From Blasia pusilla (Eukaryota), in contig CM114271.1 in the NCBI GenBank assembly GCA_050084515.1, positions 16,678,001 to 16,742,000 of the forward strand: 64,000 bases of DNA, given 5' to 3'. Both the position numbers and the translations under genes were made by a program. Under the pieces are notes generated by a model that had not been told where the DNA came from, searched no databases, and was given only the letters and a program-made list of their open reading frames with translations. How positions within the stretch are numbered: the first letter of the stretch is position 1; each line of letters starts with the position of its first letter. Shown here piece after piece: positions 13,182 through 27,374 of this stretch.

Positions 13182-15214
13182 TGTCGTGCGCATACACATC
13201 GCTACACAAGATACATTGTTGTCACCGAACACACACACAAACAAACACGATCCCATGCTAACTCACGGCATCCATACACAGAGGCGAGAAGTACCAAAAT
13301 ATCTCCAATAATCCCTAAACCCTAAACCTCGCGAGTCACCGTCGACGGCCAACCATCACCGTCAACGGTCAACCATCACCGTGAACGGTCAACCGTCACC
13401 ATCAACAGTCCGTTGTCACCATCAACGATCAACCGTCACAGTGAACGGTCCATCGTCCACCCGCCACCGTTGGCCGTTGCCGTTGCCCAGCGTTGCTCAG
13501 AGCCGCATTTGGCCGTTGTCCACCCTTGGGTTGCCATTTCCGTCATTACGAAGTGGAGGGACTTCCATGACCACTGTTGATTCTCTTACTTGCGCCGCCA
13601 CCACGTACTTTAGTTTGGCCACCATTTTCATCGAAGTTTCATCGTCAACTCGTGACGGCATATGACCTCCGGTTATGGTGTTTGAGTTTTGATTTCATGC
13701 TGCTATGTTGTGATTGGTAGCCGCTCGACGACGATCGAGTACCGTGCCGTGATGCCCGTAGCCGCAACGCACCGCCGATTGCCGCGCCGTACCGCTCGTG
13801 GCCGCATAGCACCGTCTCGATCGCGGAGCCGCACCGTCGTTGTGGAGCAGAGTATGTGTTTATTGTTGATTGAGGAGGGTATGCCGCCGAGTGCCGCATC
13901 CCACCATCGAGGGCCGTGCCGTTCGTAGCAGTTCTGTGCCGCCTACAACGCCGCACCGTTCCGCTGGAACTGCACTGTCTATCGAGGAGTTTTGAGCAGC
14001 GTCAGTACAGGAGGAGTATGACATGCTAATTGGAGGAGTTGTCTCCACGACCGAGTTGGGATTGAGATTTGCAGTTTTTGAGGAGCGACATCGACATGTG
14101 TTCAGGTTACCCATTCTTGTCCTTTACCTTGCACGCGTGAGGGATTCTGGCATTTTGGTAGTTTATTTGGGGATATTGGATTGTGTGGATGCTAAGAGCA
14201 TCATTTATGTATGTGGTTTAGGACACATAGACCTGTGTGGGATGTTCGGAGTTGAGGGTAGGTTGTCGAAGAGATGATAGCCTGGTCGATTTGCCGCACC
14301 ATGCCGCTTGTTGCCGCACGTTACACGTCTCGGGGAGGGAGAGTGTAGATCGAGTGCCGTATGTTTGGGATGAGTGATTGAGGGATTACTCGCGAGGTTG
14401 AGAATGATTGTGTGCGAGGGGCACAAGGGCCATCATGGCATCCTTTCAGGATTTTGAGAGGCAAGGTAGTGGACCTGAGAGTAGCTCTGGAGGGTTTACC
14501 CGGAGTGGTGCGAGGGTCTCCACATGAGAGACCACCTCGATCTCCTTCTGTGTCGTCTTCACACAAGGGGGAGCGTGTAGAGGAGTTTGTGAGCACATCG
14601 CCAGACATTGTGAGTGGTCCTACCAGTTGGGCGTACGAGATGGACGACCGGGGTAGAGGACCACGTAGGTTTTCAGGTGCAGTAGGCACGATTGAGTTGC
14701 ACGATTTCATAGCAGAGTTTAGGAGTTGGTGTGACTCCCAGCGGTCCACGAACTCTAGAGAGTTCAACCCGTTTACATGAACTCTAGAGAGTTCAACCCG
14801 CCACGCTCACATAGCGTAGCAGCCAGCCAAAACAGACTAGGCTTCCTCAGTCTTTCACGTTGTCTGAGGCGATGAGGACCCCATTGATGGATCCTGATCA
14901 AAGTTCTTGGAGAGTTTTTGATGTTGTTGGTGTGCAGGCATGGAGGGTGATGATCTTGCTTGCCTTGTGTGTGTAACCCAAGCCTCTCATTAGGAGAGTG
15001 GGTTTGGTTTGACATTGAGAGAGACATGTGAGAGTGCACACATGTGAGAACTATGGTGTTGTGGGAGAGACTGGATCTTATTTTTAATTAAAGATATTTT
15101 GGTACTTCTTGTCTCGTTGTTTGGATGCCATGAGTTAGCATGGGATAATGCATGTTTGTGTGTGTGTTTGGTGATAATGATGTATGTTGTGTAGCGATGT
15201 GTATGCGCACGACA
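13182..15214 (+). mobile_element. Scrambled derivative D of the A subfamily, bounded by B' repeats in inverted orientation
   Basis: 13182-13311 is B' (reverse). ~14050-14775 is an inverted copy of A's 8030-8760 (leader and gag start). 14776-14945 is shuffled gag/linker pieces, and 14948-15214 is spacer plus B' ending GCGCACGACA. No TSD (GTGA vs TCCA). Confidence 0.7.
13337..13460. repeat. GC-rich ~21-bp tandem repeat (CACCGTCAACGGTCAACCAT-like, about 6 copies)
   Basis: Direct reading of repeated units. Confidence 0.85.
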
Positions 15215-15944
15215 TCCACTAGTGGTCACGAGGCATATGATAAGATCGTGAGAGGAGAGAGACCCACACCATCAGCCCGGAGACTAGATGGAGAGGAGGG
15301 CAGTGAGACATGTGATGTGGAAGAGACCTCTCGTGGTAGAGGACCACCCAATTTCAGTCCCACAATGGAGTTCTTCCAACAGTTGGGGAAGAGCTACCAA
15401 GGCGTACGCACCGACAAGCTGAAGAGTCTATAGGATTATCAGCGCTGATCGGGTGAGAGTCTGAGAGAGGCATTCACGTTTTTGAGAAGGTTGATCATTG
15501 CTACATATGGAGTAACTAAGGTGCAGTCGCTCTAGTGTTGGTACGAGATTCTGGACCGAGAACTACGGAGGTGCGGTATTAATTCACACAGCAAAACCCA
15601 CATTGAAGGTGGTCTTTGAGTTGTCTGAGCATATTGAGCTCAATATGAGTGAGGAGCAGGTAGTGACCGCTAGATTTTCTCAAGAGTCGACGGGTCTACG
15701 AGCGACGGTGACCCCACAAGTGCCACAACGAGCACCAGTACCATGGGAGCGGGCTAGTATGCCCAGAGAGTAGGGTGGGTACCATGAGCCTACGAGGCAA
15801 CGACGCGTACCTACATATGTTGCCCAACAAGGACCGATGTTATCTTGTTGGACGTGTGGAGGTAGAGAGACTGCACACAACATGGGAGAGGATCACGAGC
15901 ACCTTCGATTGCTCAAGAGCCACAGCGGATGGACCCACCATAGT
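15215..15944 (+). pseudogene. gag fragment of a third related subfamily
   Basis: PPNFSPTMEFFQQLGKSYQGVRTDKLKSL, ESLREAFTFLRRLI and CWTCGG parallel the gag of copies A and B. Confidence 0.7.
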
Positions 15945-18022
15945 TGTCATGCGAATCCACATCATCATACAACATACATCGCTAACATACCATACTCACA
16001 TACATACATAACATAGACGAGAGCATCCACAAACACAAGTGTACCACAACTGAAATCCGTGAAAGACCTACTGTCATAAAACACGTATAGAATCACATAC
16101 AATCGAGCCAAACCCACTCCACGATGGGAGAATCCAGGTCGAAGCTTGCGGGAACCACCATAGCCAAGAGCTCTCCTCACTACTAAGGCTAAATCCCAAC
16201 GCAATAGGCTCAACTCAAAGAAGTAACTGTTCTTTGAGTGCACTCCACACTATATTCTCCAACCTAAGAGCGGGCCCCACTGGAAAAGTCACCCTCAACT
16301 GAGTAACCCCAATCCTATGTATGAAACCGCATCTCTACTTGGACACTATGACCCTACATAAGATATGGCCTCTACTAGCACACTATACTCTAAAATATAA
16401 TCCGTATGGTCATAACAACTGTCGTGCGAATTCACATCGTCAAACAACATACATCGCTGACATACCATATTCACATACATACATAACATAGACGAGAGCA
16501 TCCACAAACACAAGTGTACCACAACTCGCCCCCCTAACTGGCGGTTAGGTCCCTCTAACTCCCAGGTAGCCCTATACATCTACTACATGCTATACACCTT
16601 CATGGGTGCACGAATCAGAAGGCCGGGTGCTAGGTTGCCCCATCGTTAGTCGCACATCCGTAATCCATATCATGCAAAGATCAAGTCATCTACCTCTCCT
16701 AAGTACATCGAGGACAAATCCACCTTCCAGTAGGAACAACATCCATACGTGGAGTCAAACACATCATGTGCCAACCCCTAGAACACCGATCACACACCAA
16801 CATACGGGTTGCGTTACCAGCACACCCACATAACATGCACCTCAAGCTAGCACGTATCCTGGCTAAGCTTGGGTCAACAGTACCATCCACATTTGGAAGA
16901 TGACATGGCGCATAATTACGCACATGGTCCTTCCAAACAACTCCATCACGATCCTCCAACATGAGAACTCCAGAAGCTAACACCTCGTGCACTCGTAAAA
17001 TAGTGTGGCTTGCCGTCACATCCACCGTTGTTGGTGATATCTGCTGCAAATAGACATAGTCCCCCACATGGAACCTACGAATCGATGGTCGATAACCTCC
17101 ATCCCGAATGGTTGCATACCGCAACGTATCCCTGTTTTGAGCAATGGCAAGATTCTCAAAGGCTGTTGGCATAACTCTCCGAAAGAGCTCTGCTCGTTGA
17201 GAACATACTCTCATCCACATCTCTCGGTCATCAAGGTTCACCACCTCACTAGACTCCCGACGGATTGCTGCTGGCAAGTCTGGATGTCGGCCGTATAACA
17301 GAAAATAAGGTGAGAAGGAAGCCAAGGATGCTTGGCGACTGAACCTATACCCCATGGCTAACCATGGCAACTGAATATCCCAGTCTCCAAGATGCCCCTT
17401 CTATAGGCCATACTTGCACAATGCCCTGTTCACCGTCTGAACCACACGCTCAGCCAAACCATCTGCCTCTGGATGATCTCGAGACGTGGTTCGATGATTA
17501 ATCAATGCCCTGTCACACAAGACTTGAAACTCACCCTAAAACTCTGTACCCTGGTCGGTCAACACTTCAGCTGGTGCACCAAAATGACTAAGCACTCTAT
17601 CAAGAAACGCATATGCCGTTCCCTCACTTGCCTTGTCAGGTAATGCCACCAACTCAATCCACTTGGAGAAGTGCTCCACCATCACCAACACATATCGATG
17701 ATGTCATACCGTCAACGTTAACGGTTCCGCAAAGTCCACACTCCAACGGTAATCCAACCCCATAATAGGCAAGGGGTGTAACTGTGGTGTAGGGGCATTG
17801 AATGATACCCTCACCCGGTCACAAACCATACAACGTGACACCAACTGTTGCACCTGAGTATGCATGCCACGCCACCAATACTGACCAAGGAGTAAGCTAT
17901 ACGTACGCTTTACCCCAAAATGTCCCAACTCCTCATGGGCATGTCGCACAATGCGCTCTCTCTCAGCCAAACGTGGCACTACTTGTACTCTACCATCCTC
18001 CCACACACGGAGAATATGTGTT
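15945..18022 (-). mobile_element. Copy C: 3' part of a B-subfamily element (integrase-PHD plus B1-GT-A2-spacer-B2)
   Basis: Closely similar to the reverse complement of ~53467-56013 without the solo LTR. B2 is 15945-16051, A2 ~16304-16417, B1 16420-16526. Confidence 0.92.
16699..18020 (-). pseudogene. Copy C integrase with intact C4HC3 PHD finger
   Basis: HAHEELGHFG...CMVC, WSVDFAEP, VLTDQG, GLAER, then CMLCGCAGNATRMLVCDRCSRGWHMMCLTPRMDVVPTGRWICPRC*. Confidence 0.92.
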
Positions 18023-20019
18023 GTCTAACCAAACCTAGTTAGGATGTTCGAGGAGGAGGTTCTGAGATGAATTTCGATAAATAATTTTAAAGAAAAAAAC
18101 CAAAAGAAGGGGACTCAAAGAGTCAAGTAAGCAAAGGCCAAGATCGGCTTAGAAAAGAAGAAGGAGGCATTCCTTTATGGATTAAATTCATCAACACCCG
18201 AGATAATATCAGCAATTCCTAGAGAATTATGAATACTACTAAATGGGACGTGGTTGTAGGAGAATTTGGTCTTAGCATCTTCAAGGCAACGGGAGGTACA
18301 AGGGAAAGCATTTAGCTTGAAGAGAGACCCGGCCGCTAAATACGTAGGACTATTGGTGCTCCGAGCACGTATTGTAGAAGCTGCAGCAATGTTGTCTCCA
18401 CGAGGAGACTTGCCTGAGAAAATATGAATATTTTGGACAATGAAAGAGGATCAAATATGTGATTCTTTTTCCATTTGGGTGAATGGTAAGGTCGTGCAAG
18501 TCACATCGAATGAAGCAAGATGATATACATATCTTGCTTGTCCGTTCAAAAGAAATACGCTGAAGGGAAATTGCAATAGGAATGTCTGTTGTTGAATGTG
18601 ACGAGATGAGCATTGACGAGCAAGTTTGTCACATTAAGGCACAATCCACTGGTCTTTGGATGTTTCTCGTTGAGCATAGAGTGGGAGTTGGAGAGAGATT
18701 TTTTTTTATCCTGCCACCCATAACCTCCTCTTGCCCAGAAGATCATTACGGCTTGTGATGAATGTTGGCAATGATCCTTATATGGTTGATAAAGTCACAG
18801 TATCATCAATTGAAGTTGTTTGTACGTCAATTAGAGAACACCATCTTAGTGAAGGTTGGCATGTTGCTCTCCATACTATCCTAGATCAAGTGGAAAGGTT
18901 GCAAAAGAAGCTAGGGGATATTGCGGCCAATATCCATATTCTTCATACCCAGCTCGGAGAAGTTTGAAATGGGTTTGCCTCATCACAAGTGGCTAATAGT
19001 ACCTTGACCAAGAAGCCCTTTGTGGTGAAGGGGGATGTTGTATCACACTAGAAAGTATAAAGTGATGTGTGGTATATACTCAATTTTTTAATAAAATCAC
19101 CTACCGTCTTTTGTCACAATAATTTTCTATCTACTACTGTACTATTGGTTATACATCCTCTTACGGCTAAGCATCCACCTACTTGTGGGCTGAATATAAG
19201 GGATCTTGATGGCTAAATAAGGATTGGTATATATAGAGACAATGCATCTAGACATAAATTGAATGCATGGTTGAAAGTTCTAGCATTCTATGGAGCACTC
19301 GAGCATATTGTAGAAAAGTTTGGACAGTACGTGTAACATGCACTAGTGAACGTGTCGGAATCAAAAAATATTTAGTCAAAAAATGAAAGGAAAAACTTCA
19401 AAAAGTTTCTATACAAGTTTGTAGCCTCATCCAATTTCCTAATGCCGAGGATTTTGAGAAAGTCTCTTCAATCTCTCTATTTCCTTTAGAGCCTTTGCTC
19501 CAGTGGAATCTTTGTCTCCTTCTTCTATAGAAACTCTTAACATGTTAAAGAGTTCACTCTCAAATGCTAAACTCCTAGAAATAGAGTCTTTTATACCGGA
19601 CACCCTTGCTAATACCTCCAGCCACAATCTTGTCGAGTCTTACCTAGATAGTCCTAGGTTTGAGAATAGCTCCTCCCTCTTGCATATCAAAGTCATTTTT
19701 TTATGTTCTAGAATATTTAAATACTTTCCTAATCAAGCCAAGGTTGTTTCCTTTTGATCTATTTTTTCCTCCCGGTAGTATAGATGTGAGGAATTTTTTG
19801 GCTTTGGCCCTACATACTCCATGCATAATCCAAAGATCCGCTCATCAACAACCAATGGTTCACTCCGCTATAAGCGTGAAGTTGGAAAATTACTCTCCCC
19901 TTGCATCTTGCACAACAAAGCCCATTTGAGGAAGACTTGAGAAGACAAGGGAGGATTGCAAATAGTTTCAATTAGAGTGGTTGCTAGTTGTAATTAGCTA
20001 CTAACTATGTCCACAAAAC

Positions 20020-20960
20020 TACTATAAATACCCGTCGTTGCACTCTACACAACCACTATGAATTTTTACTTGTCCACAATGTAAATTGTACTAAACATCT
20101 CTATCTAAGCCACCATAACGTAGCCATAAGCCACTTGGAAATATCCATAAGCCAATTCGAATGTGCAATTTGTAAATAGCCGCCACCACACTCTACAAGT
20201 GAGCAAGCAAGCACGCACACAAGCAAGGCAAGGCAAAGCAAAGCAATCCACAACAACCACCATCTAGCTGTTAATAACCACCAGTAGATTCCACATGAGT
20301 CCCAAATAAGCTCGACACCAACCACCATGTAGATTTATCTTGCCACCAGCTCACTTCTCATAAATATTGTAAAATCTTCCATTGCGCTCTATGCAATCAC
20401 TATGAATATGTACTTATCCGCCACCACACGATTTACATTGAATTAAACACGTCTATCTAAGCCACCATAACGTAGCCATAAGCCACTTGGAAATATCCAC
20501 AAGCCCATTTGGATGTGCTATTTGTAAACAACCACCACCATACTCTATAAGTGAGCAAGCAAGCAAAGCAAAGAAATCCACAAAATCTCCACAACAACCA
20601 CCATCTAGCTATTCATAACCACTAGTAGATTCCACATGAGTTCAAAATAAACTCAGCATCAACCATCATGTAGCTATGTATAGTTTCCAACTCACTTCTC
20701 AAAACTACCATTAATATCTACCACTCCACTCTACATAGCCACTATGTACCTATTCATATCCGCAAGCATACAATGTACAATCTATATACTAAACATGTCT
20801 ACCTAAGCCACTATAACATAGCCATAAGTCATTTGGATGCTATTTGTAAATAACCGCCACTACAAGCAAAGATATGCAAGCAAATCAAAGTGTAAAGTCC
20901 ACAAAATCTCAACAAGAACCATAGTGCAATTGTTAATAGCCACAAGTAGACTCCACATCA
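20020..20960. repeat. ~343-bp tandem repeat, about 3 diverged copies
   Basis: CTAAGCCACCATAACGTAGCCATAAGCCACTTGG recurs near 20105, 20457 and 20803. Confidence 0.85.
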
Positions 20961-21899
20961 CGCAGAAATAAGCCATTAGAGAATTGTAAATAGTTGCCAT
21001 ATAAGGATCGAGCTTAATGAAGCCAAACCTTATTGGTTGATGGGTCATGTGAATCTTCTCCACTAGCTTGCACGTGTCAAGAGCATTTTCTGAAGAATTA
21101 TCTCGAACTCTCTTGGCATATATCTTTTCAGATGGTACATACACTCCTTTAACATAAGATGGATGCATGAATATTTTCTGGTATTGAAAGATTTTCCTTT
21201 CACCACAAATTAATCAACCTCCATTCTCCTCAATCCCCTCTCATGAATACCAATACTCCTCACTTAATAGAGGTGGTCTACGTTTCACACCACCAACATC
21301 ATCATAATATGAGAAGTAACGATCCTTGGTTTGAGCAAATCCAACTACTATGATTGGATGTATATTTGCACCTTTTGATCAATCGCAAAGATTTTTTCTT
21401 TTTGGCAAAGCTGAGTGACCACCTACACTGGATCATATTGACAACCCGGGTGACCATGAATGTTCTCCACTCCCTTTGTGAGTCTCCATGTGCACTTGTT
21501 GATCCAACGTTAGAACAATTTTCGTTTGGCATAATCTATTGATGAGGTGTGGCTCATTTTTTTAGAACCCCTTGTGATGAGCAAAGCATCAAAGGTCTCC
21601 ACATCTTGATGGATCATGAGAGGATTGGTTGTTTGAGAACCCCTATCGATAAGCATCTTCTCCATTTTCTGGAAATCTCGGTCCATAAAGGATGTTTTGA
21701 TATTTGGCAGCCTTGCAATTGGCACTTTTCCATTGCTATATGGGATTCCTTCCTCTCCTTTTCCCTTTATTGTAACGTCTATTTCATTTTCTCTTCCAAG
21801 TTTTCCATTGTCTTATTTCCTGCCACCCTCTCTAGCTACTTGGGGGTAGGATGAAAATATTTTGATCCTACCAATCCGTGCATATTCCAATCGAACGTG

Positions 21900-23900
21900 G
21901 CAATACTTGCAAATTCCTAGGATGGCCACACCAAATTGTCAATAAGATACTCTTGCCGGTTGTTCCATTGGTGGTGACAACTGTGAACTCTATCCTCTCC
22001 TAAAGGTGAAAGTGGTATAGAATGGCAATACATAGCCAAACTTGCATCCTTCCCATTGACTTCATCTGCATCATTGCCATGAAGATTTATCACATGCGGC
22101 GTCATCTTTTGCCTACATGCTCTATTCTCCTTCAATTCATATCTTAATTGATGAAGCACTTCAACTATTGCATCATGTGTTTCTACCACATTCTCTTCAT
22201 GAGTTTGAAGTGGCCTTTCAAGTACATTCCTAGCATCACCATTTTTAGGTGTTCTTTCCTTCTTCACCTTTGTGGCAATCTTCTTATCATAAGTCTTTTG
22301 CCTTGAAGGAAAAGGTGGAGTTTCTACTGCTTCAAGGCAATTATCACCTTGTTATGGTAACCTTTCTAAAGGTGATAACAAGGAAACGTACCATAACAAG
22401 GAAATAAATCTACGTGCATTTCTGATATATTCAAACTATGGATTCCCTTGTACACTGTAGCGGTGGTTTCACGTGCTAAAGCTTGTGGAAAGAAAAATAT
22501 TCAGTCTCAAAAGTGGATAAGTGGCAAAAATAACAAACTACCACTTTTACTATATTTTATTCCTAAGTCAAAGAGAGAAGGATCTTACCTTGCATGAAGT
22601 AGATCGAGGTTGGAGTGTGTTGATGAGCTCATTTTCTTTATGTGCCTTCTTCTTTCTCCTTGCTTTGCACAGAGGTGAGACAAAGTTTTAGCTTTCCCTT
22701 TCAATTGCTACAAATCTTGCTTACTAACACAAACCTCGGCCACCAAAGATGGGCTATCATGTTGTGTCCCATTGGGGAGGGTGATGAGCTTTGCAACTGC
22801 AATGGTTACGCAATCCGATGGTTTTTCTCCATGGTTGAACATTATGGTCAACAACTCCCCCCGTCCACTTTCTCTCTATTTTTCCTTCTTGGCTCGAGGT
22901 TGCAATACCTTCTTGATATCAAGCATTAGCTTGCGGTAGACATATGTGTCCCAATCTATTGAATTCCCTTCCCAAGCATGACATGCCATGGATAGCATGC
23001 TGGCTGGAACACACTCAGGATTTGCTTTCATGTGAAAGCAACGGTTCACCTGGGTCATAATAAGCCTAAAAGATTGTGGCACAACAAAGCAATGTCTATA
23101 CCCATGGAAGTTTTCTCTATCTTAATAAGATACTTATGATACAAAGTTGGCTCTTCTTGATCCATATGTTGTCTCTCCATTGATAAATAGAACCTCATAT
23201 TTCTGAATCCAAATGTTTTTGCAATGAGCTTAAGCGATGCACAAAAATAGTACTCTTGTACATTTTCATTGTACTTCCATCAAAGTACCCCTTCACATGT
23301 ATTGGGATTGAATGTGCTCAAGAAATAATTTACCATTTCTTTACCCGATTTCGCCTAAGACACCCTTCCTTCGTACCCATCACATAAATCTTCTCTTTGT
23401 CTACATTCTCGTCTAGCTTTGCAAAATCTAACATCCTCGAGTGGATAGTCTTTGGTCATAAAACTCCTACAACAAAATCCACAACAACCATGTAAATCAC
23501 AGTACTCTAAGGCAAAAAAAAATATTCATAGTGGAAGACAAGGAAGCGGTGGAGTTGTGCACCTTCTTTGTAATGCCAAGCTTCAAATATAATGTGTTTT
23601 TTTTTTCCAATTCCCACCAGAATTGTACTCTTTTTCAACCCACCATTTTGCAAAAAATAAACATTCAAAAGTTGTGCATATTTAGAGAGGCATTTATAGC
23701 CTCTATAAATAGGCACAAATGAATGGAAATAGATTGATGTTGGAATCAGATGATAATAAGGAGGATCCATACGCCCTACATTTCTTTTCTTCTTCTTGAT
23801 GCCAATTTATTAGGTCCTTCTCATCCACCACATAATGTTGTTTGCTTAGATCAGGACCATCAACCGGATCTCTGCATTGCTCATATCCATCCATTTTGAG
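21900..23900 (-). pseudogene. Heavily decayed, probably transposon-associated ORF
   Basis: Protein-like fragments (e.g. HAWEGNSIDWDTYVYRKL) interrupted by stops. No family could be assigned by eye. Confidence 0.25.
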
Positions 23901-24244
23901 GCATGTATGAAAGATGATTAATCTGAGAACAAACAGTGCCAGGGAATAATCATCCCTCTATCATAGATAAGACCAAAGTAAACTTTGTGGCACACTATCA
24001 AATATTCTTACGTTATAAAACCAACATAGAAGAGAAAGATATGGAACACGCTACAAATCCTACATGGCACGATAATGGAACACGCTACAAATCCTACATG
24101 GCACGATAATGGAGCTTGTTGAGTCATGATCGATATGATGGGGCCTTTGTAGGGACAATAGTTCCGTCGAGGGCCTCTTAAGAAAAAAATTTATAATCAT
24201 GTTTCTACTTGCCTACCATCGAGGATTCCATTGTGAGCTATATC

Positions 24245-24525
24245 CAAGGTTTCATGTGGACAAAGTCTACGTCCGTCCTATAGAAGGACCTATTTAGGTG
24301 GGCCCCATCTCCCCCAAACTTGCCTATGTAATCCGCATTTTCTTGTTTCTTCCTCCCCCACCTCCACTCCCTCCCCTCTTATTACCCCGTCCGCCCTTGC
24401 CTTGCCTTCCACCATGAACTATAAGTGTGGGCCCAATATTTTGCAATCTTTGTCGGTGGACATGTCCAAACTTTTCTGTCCATATCCGTCTTAGTGACCA
24501 ACTTGTCCATTTTTGTGCAACCATA
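24245..24525 (+). mobile_element. hAT-type MITE copy 1
   Basis: TIR CAAGGTTTCA...TGCAACCATA; degenerate 8-bp TSD GCTATATC/GTTACATC; shares internal sequence with copies 2-4. Confidence 0.8.
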
Positions 24526-27374
24526 GTTACATCATCTTAATTTTTACACTTGTCATTTTGATCATGTGTAGATTCAAGTTTCTCCACACATGTGATTTTT
24601 ATATGTTTGATTTGAAATCTATGTTATTATGGGAGAGTGCCCTTATGTTCTCAACCACCGGTCTAGCCAATACTTGACAATCAAATCAAACATTAGCAAG
24701 TATCGTTTAGATAGGGTGGCTAAAATGGGATATGCAAAACACTAGGAGTTCAACCGTTTAGGCTTTCAGCCTTCAGGGGTGTAGGTCTGTCCTCTTCAAC
24801 TATTTTAAAAAAAATTTTAAACCACGGAAACGTCTTATTATTGTCTTTGTGACAATTATAATCTTTTCCAAGAGAGCTGTCAATCTAGACGTTGGCCTGC
24901 CTTTTGGGGTCTTTTTGCCTTTGAAGAAAATATGGAATCTACAGTATTAATTCCATATAGCAAATACATTCCTCCCAAACGAGATATTATAGGGTTCACA
25001 TTCAGGTAACTCCATTTTACTTCCATTCATTCAATACTCAGCTATTGATGTTTTCAAAGTCAGATCTATATTCATGTTTACACATGTATCCATGGTTTTT
25101 CATGTCCCTACTCTCTGTAGGTTGTGAGAGAGTTTTATTGGTCTATAGACATCTAACTTGCTTTGGTAGAGTAGAAACAAACTATTAACGACGTTGCTCT
25201 ACTCTTTTCATTCTATTGCAAGGTATCCCAATCACATGTTTCCCACTTTGGTGTAACTTTAAGCTTTGCTTCTCAATTCACCCCCTGCTAACTTCAAACA
25301 TTTCCTCAATCCCGCGCATTAAGCTTCATCAACCACTTCAAGTGCTTGACTCTTCCGTCTGGTTCAGCTCCAAAATCTGCTTCTCCCCTTCTCCTATTTT
25401 TGACTATGTGCTATCATCTTCACAAGGCGAGTGCAAAAAAATAAATTACACATGGCGACTAGGCAAACGACAATGAAGTCAATGCAAGGGAAGGGAAAGA
25501 GTGTATTGAAGAAAAGTGGACAGCCGGATATCTAGTGTGAAGGTAGTAGATAGTGAGCCTTTGGAGAGTTCTATATAGATATGCATACGATGGATGTATC
25601 ATAGATGTGTATAAAGTAGTGGATTACATTGGGTTAAGAGGAAGAAGATCCAATTTCCAATTGGGGGAGTGGTTGTGTGGTTTGGGTGTACGTGTGGCAT
25701 ACTTTTGTATGTATATGCATCTTCCCTATATGTTGGGAAAATTGATGGTGTTGATTTGAATACTAACATAGATTGTGTATGGATCTTTACAATGATTATT
25801 AATTGATAAAATTTATGTATAGATTATGTTTTGACCCTCTCTTTGGATGGAAGGGGAAGCTATTTTGGCTCTTCCCGAGGGTACATAAGGTGAGGATATA
25901 GCTCTCAAGAGCCATCTTTTTCATGTTGACCCTTTGCAATACTTCCTCTTATAGAATTTGGTAGCATGTAGTCTTAGATTCCAAATTAACCCATAATAGA
26001 GGATGGATATGACTTGATGATAAGCTTTAAATGTATGATGTTAGTTGCACGGGCTTGAAAAAAGACATAGATTGTAACGCATTCATATTTATGCACATGA
26101 AAACTCCTTTTAATTTTTTATTGCACTTTTCGCCAACTCTTCTTTGCTTTTCACCCTTTCTTTTCATTTGGAAAACTTTGAACTACCATCTACTTTTTGT
26201 AGTTTCAAAAGGAATTTTCTTTACTTTATAAGAGAGAAATTTCACCTTTTTAATTATTCTTTAAAAGATAAAAAATAAAATAAGATTTTCATCCCATCTA
26301 TTGCACTTAATTTTTTTTAAACAAGACAATATCCCCATTTTCTTCTATTCCAATCTTCCCCAAACATGCTCATAAAAACATAAATGCTTTCATCCTACAT
26401 GAGTATTTATCGTAATGCAATTAGACTATGAGGATCTTAATAGAATGGAATGAGCTGAAATACTTCTTTTTATTTTTTAATAAAATTTTAGGTTGAGTAT
26501 ATTGCCCAATGATTACTAATTTATGTCTCAAATATATTTTCTGAAAAATTTGCAATTTTCTTAACCTATGAAATTACAAGATTAAACTCCGGGAATATGC
26601 ATGATGAAAACTAATAAAAGAAAAAATTGAAAGTAAATTGAAAATTTGGAAGAGAAAAGAAAAGAAAAGAAAAAATTGACACGACGAATGATTGTAAACA
26701 AGCCCCACACAAACACATAAACGCACTACTTTTTGGCCAGGACTTATCATGAGATCTCATTAGAATCCTCCTCCAAAAGAAAACAAACTAGTCAAGTGCC
26801 CTGAAAAAAATAGTTGAGAGTTACACAAATTCAAAAAAAATTGTACATGTGAAATATTATAAGAAAGGAGGTTTTGCAAATCAAGAAGGCATAACGGTAA
26901 CATAACAATTTCCATGCACGCAAATTCTCCATCGGTCGTCATGTGCGGCATAGCTGTGACATGACCGTTTCCATGCATGCAAGTTCTCCATCAGTCGTCA
27001 TGTGCGGAGTAGACTACAGTGGAAGCGACAATTCTTGCATTTATGAAACAGATCGTGTACATGGTAACTATGTCCTCATCGTAGATGTGATAACTACCTC
27101 TCATCTATGCTTTCCGACTGAGTTCTTTTCAAATTTTCGTCGTCGAAGATTTCGAAATTCATTGCTGCCGACAGACGCGCGTCATTTCAAAGCGTCTATT
27201 TGCAAGTGTTCTGGCTACTGGTTTCAGGACTGGAAGGATTTATGAACAATTAGTGAGCGTGTCTTGACTGAACCATCGGAGGATCCGATCATATGAGGTT
27301 GCGACTGACAATTTGTTCTTTCATAGGTGCAGGTCGAAGTCAAATTTGTGTAATCGGTGAGACGCTGCAGGTGC

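Noticed and set aside
13313-13326. Interstitial telomere or healed chromosome end (CCCTAAA x2; also CCCTAA x2 near 35692)
   Set aside because: Only two units each; indistinguishable from telo-box promoter motifs or chance.
13337-13460. CRISPR-like array
   Set aside because: Contiguous degenerate tandem units with no unique spacers, in a eukaryotic context.
18025-19950. Possible decayed LINE or other TE coding region
   Set aside because: No diagnostic motif could be read with confidence.
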